The notes beneath the pieces are model-generated. The model searched no databases. It was not told where the DNA came from and saw nothing but the letters and a program-made list of their open reading frames with translations. Position numbers and translations under genes: made by a program. A stretch of 63,993 bases of DNA, filler included, from Basidioascus undulatus (lineage: Eukaryota): assembly GCA_000826855.1 (NCBI GenBank). It is 6 parts of 6 records of this genome, joined end to end, with 100 filler letters (N's around TTAATTAATTAA, not from the genome) between each part and the next. Parts side by side here need not be neighbours in the genome. Positions count along the whole stretch, not along the records: positions 32,495 to 43,218 come from JTLS01001096.1; positions 43,319 to 54,033 come from JTLS01001097.1; 4 more parts are not named here. One strand, 5' to 3'. Numbering within the stretch: position 1 is the first letter of the stretch; every line of letters starts with the position of its first letter. This document shows, one piece after another, positions 36,877 to 50,077 of this stretch.

Positions 36877-39800
36877 ATGTACTTGATTACGTTGTGGTGG
36901 TAGAGGCAAGACGTCTGGAGTTCACTGTCAAAGACTGTATCATCACGATGGCGATGCACGATGTGGCTGTGCTCGATGTCCATTTTCTGGAATACCTTTG
37001 AAGCACCGCCACGTTCAACAAACCAAAGATCACCATGGCTTTTACGCTTTTCCTCTGCAGTTATAGAACAGTGCTAGGAGCATTACAGTATCACAAAGTC
37101 GCGGACCAGCGAAAGGTACCGCAAGGTGCGGGGATCGAAATTGGAGACACAGGGTCTGCGGATAAGCATCACCATGGACTGGCTCGTGGTCGGCTTCTCC
37201 GTTCCCAGAGCTTCGATGTCCTTCTTAAGGCACAGCGCTTCCGAACGGGGGGGCGACTCGACCCTTTCGATATGATCTGGACGCCCTGCCTAGCCGCTAT
37301 AGGGTCCGGTCTCGTTGCTGGAGGGGGTGTGGAGGGGACGCACAGCAACGGGCTCCATCAAAACTATTGACATCTCGGAGCGTCGCGGTTCGACATGATC
37401 AAATGTGTTGATTGGGGTATGCTTGAGGTACAGTGAGAGTCGTTGCAAGGCGTCGTCGTCGAGGTCAATCGAACGGGGAGCAAAGGTATACTACGCTTAT
37501 AAACGATTGAAACACAGAGACGTCCTAATAAGCTCCTTCAGTCAATGTTGAGGGATCTGCATACGAAAAGGCAAGTCGGTGATGCTTGATTCTGTCGGCT
37601 GTGCCGGGCGACTGATCACAGCGCTGTATTCTTTTTCCGTCGCCTTAGATCCGTGAAAATCTCTGCCTTAATTTAACTAGTCAAAAGTCTAGCGCTCAAG
37701 GCTGAACGATCGCGTGCCGAATGCCAGCTACGCAGATGCTGACATCTCCCTTCATGATGCACGTCTCTTCAGCCACGTTCAACCCAGGTTTTTATGAATA
37801 CTTTCCCCTAGGGAAGTTTCGTCGGTCTTCTACCGGCTGCATAATTCTGGTCCCTGGACAAACAACCTGGTCTGCGGTGATGCTCGGTAACCATATGAAG
37901 CCAGGTCGCAGCGAATGCCAGGACGTGATCGGACGTTAAACCCACAAAAAAAATTGTTTCCACGAAAGCTTACCTTTATGAGGAGTTCAGGTGCCACATA
38001 GTTCCACACTGAACATTCCTGGACATTCCTGGCTAGACGGGCTTGGGTGACATAGCTGGCGTGTATCCGGGAAAAAGCGGGCGGCTGAAGCTGTTCTGAT
38101 CTCGAGTAGGACTTCACACCGTGCTCTTTGGATAATCTCATTTCGTTCTAAATTGTAGGTCCAAAAAGTTTCATTGTGCAGTGTGGACACTCCGTACGGA
38201 CAAGGCCCAGAATGCGCAGTCGCTGCCTGGATGCCACGCGTAGTAGTTCGCCCCCAATGGACTTCAACCAACCTTCAACACCACCAGCACGCTATTTTCC
38301 ATCCTCACCTCGCCCATGTCTGCATCGGGCATAGATCTAGCTCACCGGAACTCGATCAGAGAGTTCAGGCAGCTGAGCGCCTCATCATCTCGCAGCCGAG
38401 CAAAGCAGTCGCCCAGCTGCGGCAAGCGTATTCGCCAGGCAACATAGATGACCTGCCGTTCTTCGACGCTTTGGATTTGTGCTGTCAGGACCCGGAGACC
38501 TGGGTGATTGTTTGCGTGGATGTGCTTCTGTGTGGCAAAGAACTCCCTCTCGGTTCGCTGACTGCTCGTAAACCAGGCCCTTCTACGCGAGGCAGGCGTC
38601 GCTGCCGCGCTCGTCGAATGCTACGTCGCCATGTCACCCTTGACTATCCGAGCCCTGGCGCATGATACCTTCTCAAATATCCAATAAAACACAAAAAGTC
38701 TAACTTATGCAGTATTCACCCTGTATCATAGCTGAAACCGCGTCCGTGCTTCGCGGACATGAGCTGTATCGTTAATGGCGTCAACACGTGTACTCGCTGT
38801 GTTTCGGAAGGCTTACCCAGAGATAATCGAAATTGTGCGTCACATCCTCCTCCAATGCTCCCTTTACTTCCCAAATCCGCTCAACGTGCGACGTGCTAAC
38901 GGAAACAACACGACCAGTTCTGACGGTACCGCGACTGCCTAGCGCGCAAGGGCGAGAACTTCCACCAGGTGCGGCAAGTGACCGGGATGTCTCTGTTCAA
39001 CTACGAGCAGCACGGTGACGACGTCTTTCGGAGGTACAGCCGCGACGGTTTGAGTGTCTACTTGCTTCTGGCCCGCCTGCGCTGACCTCCTGTCCGACGT
39101 GGCTCCTGCGCAAAACCATGATCGCGCACCCACACACGCTTCCTCTTCGCACTCTTCTCTGGATGCGGTCCCCTCCATCGAGCCAAGCTTCCGATACGAG
39201 CGCGGTGACGCTTAACAACCTCGTTTTCGCCGCGACCGACGAGCAGTTCTCGTCGTCCAGATCTTCCTCTCGTCCCTCGAACTCTCACTCTCGTCATCTC
39301 TGGAGCGACCTTACTTCGTCGTCGACCGAGCGCCTCGCCTCGCAGATCAGGCTTGTCGTCGCCCTCATCACCCTCGACCATCGCGATCCGCAGGGTAGCT
39401 TTAGATTCGTGTCCAACGTTCTCCGTCCGGCTTCCGCAAATTTGAAAACACTGGGTCCCAGTGTATTCTACCTTCCCTGTGCTTAAAAAACAAAAGAACA
39501 TGTCTTGCAGCGAGCTCTGGCAATAGCACTTCTCAGAGAGTGGCTCCCTCTCGGCGTTCTCGGTTAGCCTGCTGACGCCTCCTCCAAAGGACTGAAAGAT
39601 CCAATCTGATGGTCATGTTACCCTCTGTGGACCAACCGGCTAGCAGAGTTTTTTGGCGCTAGGCACCCAAGACGTTTGCGCAGTCTGGACGAAATCCAGG
39701 CAGAAACTCGCATGCAGGCTGACTTCCGGAAGGCCCGCGGGAGGCACTTTTGTGAAACTCGTACCTCCATACCGGCAGCAACTCTGATAGCTTTGTTCTT

Positions 39801-40158
39801 ATAGCTCTATCTGTATCAGCTGAAGATACACTGACCGCCGAGGTGGGCAGCCTCAGTGCCCGCGGCGTTTTTGTGATTCAAGTCCAGCCTCTGAAGAACT
39901 GCAACTCGGACCGCACACTTGAGACCAATACCCATACTGAATCCATATGAGTTTTTAGCCTGCCTGAGTATCTATACGCAATATGTAAACGATCTCGGAC
40001 TGCACAACTCATAGGGCAGCCCTTTTGTCTCCTCCGAGCAGCGCACAGGCCGGCCCGGGAAGCCGCCGCGCTCGACCTCAGCTCATACCACATGGCCGCC
40101 CGCTGTCTTCCTTCGCACCGCACACCCACCCACTCTTCCCTCACTTTCCTAAATTCCA

Positions 40159-41742
40159 ATGACACAAACGCAGTGCGCCTTTTCCCAAAAACCTCCTCAT
40201 CAACAGCGGCGGATATTGACTGAGAGTGTGGTCGTGCGCAGGCGCGAGCACTACCTCGTCGTCGGGGGCGAGGGCTTCCTCGGGCACCACATTGTGCATG
40301 CGCTCGTCGCGCGCGGCGACAGCGTCGCGGTGCTCGACCTACAACAGCGCCACTTTGACGAGAAGCGCGTTGATTTTTACTCGGCGGACCTGACGAAGGA
40401 GGACGAGGTCGCGGCGGCGCTGGAGAAGGTGCGTCGTCGGGGCACCGTGGGGCCCTCGCTCTGGGTGTGTTAGGCTGATGAAAGGCACGGATGGGTGGGA
40501 CGGGGAACAGAGCAAGCCGACGACGATCATCCACACCGCCTCCCCCGTGCACGGCCTCGGCGCAGCGATCTACCACGCGGTGAACGTCGAGGGAACGCGG
40601 CACCTGCTGGCCGCGGCGCCGCGCGCGGGCGTGCGCAAGTTCGTGTTTACTTCGTCGGCGGGGACGGTGTACGACGGGAGCAACTTGATAGACGTCGACG
40701 AGCGATGCCCGTACCCCGAGGTGCCGATGGACGCGTACAACGAGACTAAGGCCAAGGCGGAGGAGCTCGTGCTCGAGGCGAACGGGAAGGAGGGCATGCT
40801 CACTTGCGCGATTCGGCCGGCGGGGATCTTTGGGTGCGTTTCGCCTTCCGGTTTGGTTGTTGGGCTGGTTTGAGGGACGAGAAAGAGGAGGAGGCTGATG
40901 TGGAGGGGGTTGACGGGAACAGGCCAGGGGACCGCCAGGTTCTGGCCGGCCTGCTCAAGGTCGTCGAGAACAACCAGACCAAGTTCCAGATCGGGGACAA
41001 CACGAACCTCTTCGACTGGACGTACGTGGAGAACGTCGTGCACGCGCACCTCCTTGCTGCCGACCGTCTAGCGTCCCCACCCGTCGCGCTCGCATCGATC
41101 CAGGACCCCCTGCCGCCCGCGACCCTCTCCGTCCCGTCCTCGCGCATCCCCACCTCCTCGGCGCGCCCGCTCGGTCCCCTCCCCACGCGCTCCGCCTCCG
41201 CCTCCGAGGAGAAAGCCGCCCTCGCCTACGCCACGCCCGTCGTCCCAGCGAACGACCCGCGCCCCGTGCTGCGGACGAAGTTCGATGCCTTCACGGACAT
41301 CCTAGCGTCGGAGGAGACGGACCTGGACGCCCTGCGCGTTGCCGGGCAGGCCTTCTTCGTCACCAACGGCGAGCCGATGTACTTCTGGGACTTCCCGCGC
41401 GCGGTGTGGGCTGCCGTCGGGCACGTCCCCAAAGGCCGCATCACCCTCCCCGCGGGCGTCGGGCTCGCGCTCGCTGCGGCCGCGGAGGCCTGGGCCTGGC
41501 TCACCGGCCGCGAGGCGGGCTTCACCCGGTACCGCGTCAAATATTCCAGCGCCAGCAGGTGGTACAACATCGAGAAGGCACGGAGGGTGCTCGGGTACGA
41601 GCCGCAGGTGGGCGTTGAAGAGGGCATCAGGCGGACGGTTGAGGTCGGTCGTTCTTCTTTCACCCTCTGTACGGACTGTCGCTCACTGCGGGCGTATCGT
41701 CTTTTGCAGTGGTACCAAGCCCAGCAGCGCAGCAAGGCGTAG
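40159..41742 (+). CDS. ERG26: Sterol-4-alpha-carboxylate 3-dehydrogenase (3-beta-HSD, NSDHL orthologue)
   Basis: YLVVGGEGFLG, IIHTASP, VNVEGT, VFTSSAG, YNETKAKAE (YxxxK), AIRPAGIFGPGDRQ, FDWTYVENVVHAHLLAA, VAGQAFFVTNGEP, YNIEKARRVLGYEP. Confidence 0.93.
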
Positions 41743-42386
41743 TCTCTCCAAGTTCCTAGCCGCTCTTACTGGACTTTCTTCGCATCTTGCCTGCCCTATT
41801 GCGTTCCCGTCTCCTTCGCTCCACTTTTCGGATCGTCTCAATACCCTGTCAGACTCTAGTAGCTTTTCTTACTTTAAAACACATAAAAGTCCAATGCGCC
41901 GAATCGCAATGTGTGGGACCAGGCCAAGAGAGCGAGACAGTTAAGGTCCGCCTCCGCGAGACTACACCCATTCGGCTCACCGTCATCCTTCCGCCCCCGC
42001 GCGCGTGCGCCTGCCCTGCCCTCGATCCCGCATCGACCCGACAAGTCCGACCATTTTGCTTGAGTTCTGACTTGCAGGGGTCCCGTTACTGCCGCACCCG
42101 CGGGCGCGCGAGGACACCGCCTGCACCGAGAACGGACCTACAAATGCGCGTGGGAGCGTTTCCACCCCATCCGCCCACCGCTCGCCTCCGCCTGCCCCAC
42201 CTGCTCTCTCCTCACCCGGTCATTGCCGTTGCCGTTTCTTGAACCCCAATCCCCAGCTCAAGAGGGAGCGTTTATTTGTTTCTTTCCTTCTTCCGCACAC
42301 CTTCCATCCACACTCGGGCTGCGTACTTCGGACTCCAGCAGCTGCTCGACGCTGTCCCTTCTCCTCCCACACTACTTCATTCCATC

Positions 42387-43218
42387 ATGTCCGCCCCAGC
42401 GCCCACAGTTCCTGTGCCAGTCAAGAAGCCGTACCCGAAATACGTGCGTGCTCACACCTACTAGAGTTGGCAGGGCGAGGGACTGATAGGCGGGGAGGGG
42501 AACACGCAGCTGGGAGGGCTGGCTGCGACGTTCGCAGCGAGCATTACACATCCGCTTGACCTGACCAAGTGCGTCATCTTTCATTTTTCTCTTGTCTAGA
42601 TTGCGGAAACCTGAATCAGAATGTCTCGGTGGCCGCAGGGTGTACGTTGAAGTGCCAGCGGGCGGTTTCGAAGGGTTGTGCATTGATTGACCCTCGCTCG
42701 ACTGCTTGTTTGGCCGAGCAGCCGCCTCCAGACGGGCCACGAGAAGAGCATGCTCCGGGCTATGAAGAACACCCTCAACGTTCGCGGTACGTCTTTCCAC
42801 TTAGCCTCTATCCGCTACAGTGCAGGGCGAGGTTACTGACGCCGTGAGGCCACGCTTTCACTCCGCTGCATGCCGCCAGGTGTGCGCGGCCTGTTCGATG
42901 GTCCGTCTTCGCATTCCCTTCTTGCTTGGACGGAGGGAGGTCTGAATGGGTGGAATTGCGTATCGTGCAGGCTTGACGGGCACATGGCTCCGCCAGATGA
43001 GCTACTCGCTCTGCCGCTTTGCAGCGTACGACCAGGCGAAATCGATGCTGCATACGGGTCAGTCTCTTTTTCTCGTCATCATTGCCTCCTGGCGGAACTT
43101 CCTAATGCTGAAATATGCTGTTCCCTGGCGGGCGCACAGGTTCAGGCCCCATGCCCGCGCACAAGCTCGTCGCTTCGGGATCCATAGCCGGCGCGGGTAC
43201 GTCGTCCGTCCCCCTTCC
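42387..43218 (+). CDS. DIC1: Mitochondrial dicarboxylate carrier, 5' exons (3' cut by contig end)
   Basis: GGLAATFAASITHPLDLTKVRLQ (carrier signature), GVRGLFDGLTGTWLRQMSYSLCRFAAYD. Confidence 0.88.
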
Positions 43219-43318
43219 NNNNNNNNNNNNNNNNNNNNNNNNNNNNNNNNNNNNNNNNNNNNTTAATTAATTAANNNNNNNNNNNNNNNNNNNNNNNNNN
43301 NNNNNNNNNNNNNNNNNN
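43219..43318. other. Artificial contig linker
   Basis: N44-TTAATTAATTAA-N44. Confidence 0.98.
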
Positions 43319-44072
43319 GCCTGTAGAGAAAACTGAGGGGTTGGGGGAGAGAGGGGAGGGACATAGAAGAGGAGAGCGCGTACAGGATCTTCGGGAGCGG
43401 GAGCGTCGGGATCCTCTGCGTCACCGTTTACGTCTCCGGGAGGTTTGGCGCCCAGCTCCCCATCCACCTCCATAGCTTCCTCATCCTTCGCCGCGGGCGG
43501 CGGCGCCTCCGCCTCAGTCTCGGCAGGCGGGGGTTGGGGCATCGTGCCCGTCCGCTGGTGTGTCCGTCGCGCGACGACGGCGGGGATGGAGAGCGGGAGT
43601 GCGTCGGATGCGCGGCCGATGCGGAGGTTGCGGGAGCCGGGGTGGATCACTATTGTGCGTGCTGCTGGGGAGGCGTCCTGCTCGCTCCGAATCAGTCGTG
43701 CGTGGGTCACGGAGATATTGCAGGGGGGAGAGAAAAGAAAGACGGACTTGCAGAGTGGTGCTCCCCCCGCCGGCCTCTTCGCTCCCTTCCACCCGCGGCC
43801 GCTTCCCCTCTATCCGCGCGTGGAGAGCGTCCTGCGCCGCGCGTCGGCCAGACCAGGTGTTGTTCTCGTCTTTGAGGTAGCGGGAGGATGTGTTTTTGGT
43901 GTTCAAGCTGGAGGCCCCCCCCCCACTTCAGATTCCCGTGCTCCCAGACAGTTAAGTATAGGGAGGAGAGGAAGACGGACATGGAGTAGAGCGCGGTGAA
44001 TGACTGGCGCTGGGTGTTGCGCTGCGTGAGGCGCGACGACCCCGCGAGGGACGACTCGCGGATGGACGACAT
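43319..44072 (-). CDS. ARP8: Actin-related protein 8 (INO80 complex), N-terminal exons
   Basis: NTKNTSSRYLKDEN (cf. Arp8 NQKNYYTDYLK) and TIVIHPGSRNLRIGRASDALPLSIPAVVARR. Confidence 0.8.
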
Positions 44073-45429
44073 CGCGGGCTAATCGGAGGGGAGAAGTGTG
44101 GGTGGTGTGGAACGTATAGAGCAATCAATCAAGGTGCGCCGATGCAGGGGCTGAAGGGCGCGATGCGGCGGCGCGTGTGGTCGTAGGACAGGCGTGTGCG
44201 CCCGCGGACGGGAGGGAAGGGTATCGGCGCAGGTGCGTGCGTGCGTGGGTCGGGGGTCGTTAATGAACGTGGTGCGTGTGTGATGGGCCCGAGAGGGAAT
44301 AAACAACGGTGAGCGCGCGGGCAGGGATGAGGAGGATGGGGAGAACCAGGAGGAGGAGCGGGCGCGTGAGAGAGGGTGAGGGCGGGGAACAAGCGCGACG
44401 GGACGGTTGCCAGTGGGTCGTCGCTCGACACTTTGCATTGTCGGGGGCCGTGCACGCTGCTATAGTGCAATTACTCCCCTCGGTACCAGTGGAACTATGC
44501 TAGGATTTTATACCCATCATCGACAGTGTATCCCTGAATACACTCCCGAAAACAGCAACTCAACCGTTGAGGACTGAGCAGTTGCGCCAGCGCCGGGCAG
44601 TCACACGCTCAACGTGGTCGCTGCCAGCTCGCTGACCCCCGTCTTTGGTATCCTCTTCAACGGTTCCATTTGCTTCACTCCCACATTACAAAAACTGCAC
44701 AAGTCTAGACCATTTTCTCCCGTATCGGGTCCTTAATCATCAGCACAAACTGAGGTTTGAGCTGTCGGTTGACGTCTCATCTCACGTTCTCTTTCAGCTG
44801 TCGCGTTTCAATGTTTCAGGGGGAGCGTGGGAAACTGCTCGAACAGCTCAACGCAAACGCAAGACGTTGGCAGAAGCAGTCAGTTGCACAAAGTACTCTT
44901 TTGAGAATGTTACCATCCGAAGAAAATAGAAGGCCTTTGGGGGAGAAGTAGTAATAGAGGAGCACCGGAAGTTGACCTTCCGGAAACATCGCGACACAGG
45001 TGATTCTTCTAGACCCCCGCCCTCTTTGAACATGCCTATTCACACACGGCACCACCGTTGTCCGGTTGCCCATTTCGAACGCGAGGCACCCTCTAGCCGG
45101 CAGCCCTCCCAGCTCTGCAGTTGGTTGGAGGGGGCACTTGGAGCTCGCCGAGATCAGGCGGTATCCATACACGCAGGGTGTGAGCAACTGCCAAAGAATG
45201 GAGAAGCGTCCGGCCGTGGACCATGTAATTCTCCATAAACGTCTAAAGTAACATAGTTGGAAATCCAGTGAACGTCGCTTAACTTGAACCACAGCTGATC
45301 CTCCGAAGCAGGGAGCAAGGCAACATTGAGAAGCCGCGTGGGCCTGGTCCGGATACTGCGATTATCCTGCACTTATTTTCCCAAGTCCTTCCAACACCTC
45401 ACAGGTATCTGCTTCCGGTATTCAACCAA

Positions 45430-47946
45430 CTGTGACATCTCACCCAGCAGGACGCAGGCGGCAGGCTGCAGTCCGTTTCGCTCTGCAGTCTTTATATTGC
45501 CCCAGTCTACACCTAAAACTCCCTACCGTCCTCGTCGTCTCCTGGCTTCTCCTCCGCCGTGTCGTCGAGAAAAGAACCACGTGCACCCCGCCGAACGCAA
45601 CCACCTCCGGTTCAGCGTGACCAGATGACCACGCTGCTTCCCCCTCCGCGCCGACCCCTCTCTGCAAGGTGGGTGTCGCGCTCGAGGATAGCGCTTCGTC
45701 GGTTGGGCACACGACGGGTGGTCGGGGTGCGGGTATGGAGGTGGGAGGTTTCGATGAGGACGAACAGGTGAGTCTGTCCTTCGTATGAACTGTCCTTCCC
45801 ATGGGGGTGGTGACTGGGAGAGGAAGGCCGCTTACGCTTGCTGTTTTCGCAGGCTCCATTTAGCCACTTTCGTAGTCTTCTTCCTGTATCTCTCATGCCT
45901 CACTGCGGTGAGTCCCAAGGTGATCTTGCAGTTGAGCACGACAGTAACTCGAGTAGCGGTAGGTCTACAATTACCCGAAAGCACAGCCGAACAGGGCTCA
46001 TCCTCCGGCTGCACCGCTACGCTACATGTGAGTCGGTTACCCACTCCAGGTTGCAAGTCGTCTTCATGACCTGGGTTCTACGGCTGCTTTACAGCTCGAC
46101 TTGAACAGGCGTGATGGCGTACGCTGGGCTGCCGCTCACCTTCCTTCTGGTGGGGCGCAACAATCTGATTAGCGCTCTCACTGGGATCGGTTACAAGGTC
46201 AGTGGAACGTATCTTGCGCTTGCTAAATGTGCTCAAAGTTTTTACGGCCTTGACAGGAGCTCAATTTCCTACACCGCTGGATTGGCCGCGCTGTTTGGCT
46301 CGTCATGTGGTTCGTCGTGTTTTGACCTTGAATCCTGACCTGCCATTAACGGCTTGACTGGATTGACAGGATACATGGTAACACTGGTTGGTAACAGCCT
46401 GAAATCGTCTAGCTGACGATTTGTACAGTGCTCGGCTGGACGGCGTACATGATCGTCGTGCCTATGTCCGTCTCGATCCTGGTCGAACAGCGAGAAGGAG
46501 GATCGCTTATTCATCCCCACTGCAGGAAATTTCCGGGTATCTTCAAGCCCGATTATTATATTTCGCATTTCCTCCGGGCCTGGTGGTGGTGGGGAATCGC
46601 GGCTTGCTTTGCCATGTCCTGGCTGGTGTGAGCGTTCAAGCCGCGTGTTGCGCTGTAGCGACCGTAGACTGACACGACTGTAACAGTTTCCCGGCGGCGC
46701 GATACTGGCGGAGCAATAACTACGAGGTTGTTTTATCTACCTTCTTTCACAGTGTGTATCATTGAAGTTTTGGCTAAACTGACATGTCCATTTCCAGTTC
46801 TTCCTTTCGACGCACATTCTCTCTTCGTCCTGCTGCTCGTAGGCGGGTACTACCACTGGTGAGCCCTTCTTCCTCTTCATTATTTCGAAGACCCGCTGAC
46901 GTGTTACAGGCCCGAACGTGGGGCCTGGTTCGTTGCCTGCTTCATCATCTACCTCGGTGATCGCCTCCTCCGTCTCGTCTATCTCGGCATCCGTTTCATC
47001 CGGGCACCCTTCCTCCACGCCGAGCTCGAGACCATACCAGGATCGGCCCTCCAAGTCCGCATCCCGGGATACCCGGAAGCTTGGCCAACAGGCTCCCACT
47101 TCTACCTCTGCTTCCCTGCTCTCGGCGTGCTAGAATGGTAACGTCCTCTCCTGAAACCGACTGCGTACCTGGGTGACGTTGTCCTTTTTTCACCAGGCAC
47201 CCCTTCTCCATCGCCTCTCATCCATCTTCACGGTACCCTACGTTCCTCATCAAGCCCATGGACGGCCTCACCGCGGGCCTGTTCGACTTCGCGCAGCAGC
47301 AGCCGAAGCGCGAGGGCCTTCGGGTTTCTGGTCGAGGGGCCTTACCACGCCGCAGCTGAGGCGGACTGGTCGGACTGCGAGACGCTCATGCTAATCGCAG
47401 GCGGTACCGGCGTTGCAGCGACTCTGCCAGTGCTGCAAGACGCTCTGCAGGCCCTGGCTCGGAACGATAATGCGACCGGGCGGCTCCGACGAGTGGCTTT
47501 CATGTGGTGTGTTCGTGAACCGGGTAGGGCTTCTCCAAGGAATGTTCAGCTGCTTTGTTGACTGACATTACCGTACGCAGAACAACTAGAGTGGCTTTCG
47601 CACGTCTATGAGCTCCGCGACGAGCTCGCACAAGTCCTGCGGCTCCGTCCACTTCCATCTCTACGTTTCCTCGGCGTCGCACCCAGCGTGTTCGTCTCCA
47701 GCATTCCTCCCAAAGACTCTGTCAGCCTCAGCGTCGGACGGCCCGACATACGCGCCCTCGTCAGAGAGTACACGGAGGAGTCGAAGAAAGGGCTTGCCGG
47801 CAGTATCTATGGAACAGCGCTCCGGCACAGATGTTCATGCATTCAGGCAGCTGCAGCGTGCTCGACATTCTCGGCAACAAGCTCTGGGTGCTCGAGTTTC
47901 ATACGTTCAGACTGCTACCTCACGGACAGGCTCGAGCTATCGGTAG
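45430..47946 (+). pseudogene. Ferric/cupric reductase (FRE/NOX family), apparently frame-disrupted at both ends
   Basis: GRNNLISALTGIGYKELNFLHRWIGR, FFLSTHIL, FYLCFP..WHPFSIAS (FAD), VEGPY, LIAGGTGVAATLP (NADPH), WCVRE, GRPDI; frame breaks near 45600 and 47800 not explained by clear introns. Confidence 0.7.
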
Positions 47947-48049
47947 GCGCGTCAGTGTGTCAGGTATCGTAGGGGGAACAGGGATTGTAGTGCTCACGTC
48001 TCCAAAACGGTCGTAACATTCAGTCCATCCTGAGTGCTGACAGTCAACC

Positions 48050-49720
48050 AGACGAGTCTCCGTTGATGACGCAAATTGAAACCTACAAACAAAATTTCAT
48101 GGGCCCATCCCTCCCCAATCCTGATGGGCGAAGGCCCCCCGAATGAGGGACTTCATGTAAGGCAAGCCCGAGCGAGGCGGCTCCGCAAAGAACGGCGACT
48201 CGAAAACCTCCGCGTTGAAGTGTATCGTAACATCCTCAAAACGTCGTTTCGAAACAGCATTTTGAGAGCCTTTCCGGCGGAGTTGCGCGCGAAGAAAGCG
48301 ACACAGAGCGGCGAGAAGTCGATGATGGCCTTGGGCGACGACCACGAGCCGTAGAGGATCGCTTGCTCCTGTGAGAGGATCGCTTGCTCCTGTGAGAGGC
48401 TCAGCGCGTCCGTTCCGAGCAGCTCGCGAAAGCAGCGCGTCCGATCGCCCGCCCACTCGTCCCACCTCACGGTCCCGCCGCGTCCCTTATCCGCGAGCAA
48501 GACAGAGAGCGGTACCGCGCACGAAACCGACTCCTCGACGTACGACTCATCTTCGAATAGAATTCTAAGACAGACGATACCTTTGAGGGCGTCGATGGGC
48601 GAAGAGGGAGAAGGGAGAGGCCCGTGGGCGAGCTTGAACCATGAGCACGTGTGGGCGGTAGATACGGCGGGAAGCCTGAGGGTGGTCGCTGTATACGTGT
48701 TCGGATCTTCGCTCGAGAACGAGAGCAGCGCGAGAAAAGGCGCCCGGCCTGGCTCGCGTGAGAGCGGCCTCGAAGAGAGGAGCACGGCGTCTCGAGAGAT
48801 GAAAGCGAATGACGTGAACTCGGTGAGCTCTACATCGGGACCACGAGGACATTCAAAGACCTGCTCAAGCGTCGACGTTAGTGAATGTTAATTCGACAAC
48901 GCAAAAGGCCACGACGTACGAGAACGGGGTCCATCGTCTGCCAACGTCACAGAATGAAGCGCGCTTGATTGTCAGCCAACGTGCCCAAGAGCTCATCGGC
49001 GACCTGGAGCTGCTGGTGCGCATAGGAAATGCTCGCTCCCATCGGCCATGTCCTCGATCCTTCGAGAAGCGGGTACGGTTTTTGTGCGAGCGGATGCGGG
49101 GCGCCAGAGGAGAGAGAGGATGTAAAGGCGTGTCTCGCTGCTCAACCTGATTCTCAGTGATCGAAGATGCACTTTGAACACAAGCAGACGTACCCGTGGT
49201 ATTCGAGGTCAAGCAGAAGGAGCACGTCCTGCGACGGATCCGCCTCCATATCGGAGACAACAAAACCGACCTCTCGATCCCAGCCCGCGGGCAGCATGCG
49301 CTCGTTCTCCTCCATGTAGGTCTCGCCGGCGGATAGATCGTACATCTCATCCGCGTATCCTTGCAGAGCACGTATTTCGAGTCGCGAAGGATACGGAACG
49401 CGACCTCGTTGCCCATGTCGTCGGCGCCCAAGTCTTCGGCGCCTGCGAGGCACGTGCGCTAAAAAAAGCGAGACGTCACGAACAATACGAAGAGTTGCAT
49501 GAGAGTGCCTGTTCCGACCTCGGTATCGGGCCGCAAGAAGAAAGATGTATCTGAGAGACCCGTTCGACAGGGCTCGAAAGAAAGAGGCGATATAGACAGC
49601 GGCAGGTCATCGGAGCAGGAGAGAATCGAGGGAACGTTAAGCTCCGTGAGAATCGAAATGAGGAGCTCGTCCGAACATCGAAGAGCTTGCGAGGGCTCAT
49701 ATGAGAGAACAAGTGGTTGT
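48050..49720 (-). pseudogene. F-box protein of basidiomycete type, disrupted
   Basis: LRCSDELLISILTELNVPSILSCS (F-box-like), DPSQDVLLLL, VRWDEW; stops, frameshifts and an internal 21-bp duplication. Confidence 0.6.
48353..48399 (+). repeat. Perfect 21-bp tandem duplication
   Basis: AGAGGATCGCTTGCTCCTGTG x2 plus AGAGG. Confidence 0.9.
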
Positions 49721-50077
49721 AGAAAGCTGTTTGAGGAGACCACGATGGTTTGGAGATAAGATGAGGAGTTGGACATGCGGGAGTAGGTACCTCTCCGTTC
49801 GGGACTGTGAAATCACATCAGCCGATAACAGGGAATGCTCAGTGTCACTCTTTACTGTCCTTTTCTGTCTTTTCTTCTACGCGATTTCCACATTTGTGTT
49901 TCCAAACCTGAGATACTTGCGGATACCAAGAGAGTCTGGATCAAACAGGGTCCACAACGGCGTCGAGAAGTGGAACGACCAGTTGGCGTCTTGACATCCG
50001 CACATCGACCTTCTCTGTTTTGCTTCGCCTGACAAACGAAGTGCGACCAAGCAAAATACAAGACAAGAACCCCTTCC

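Noticed and set aside
37035..39500. ORFs between the thioesterase and ERG26
   Set aside because: No recognisable domain or coherent exon chain; possibly decayed genes, but unsupported.
44645..45400. ORFs upstream of the ferric reductase
   Set aside because: No identifiable motifs or splice structure.
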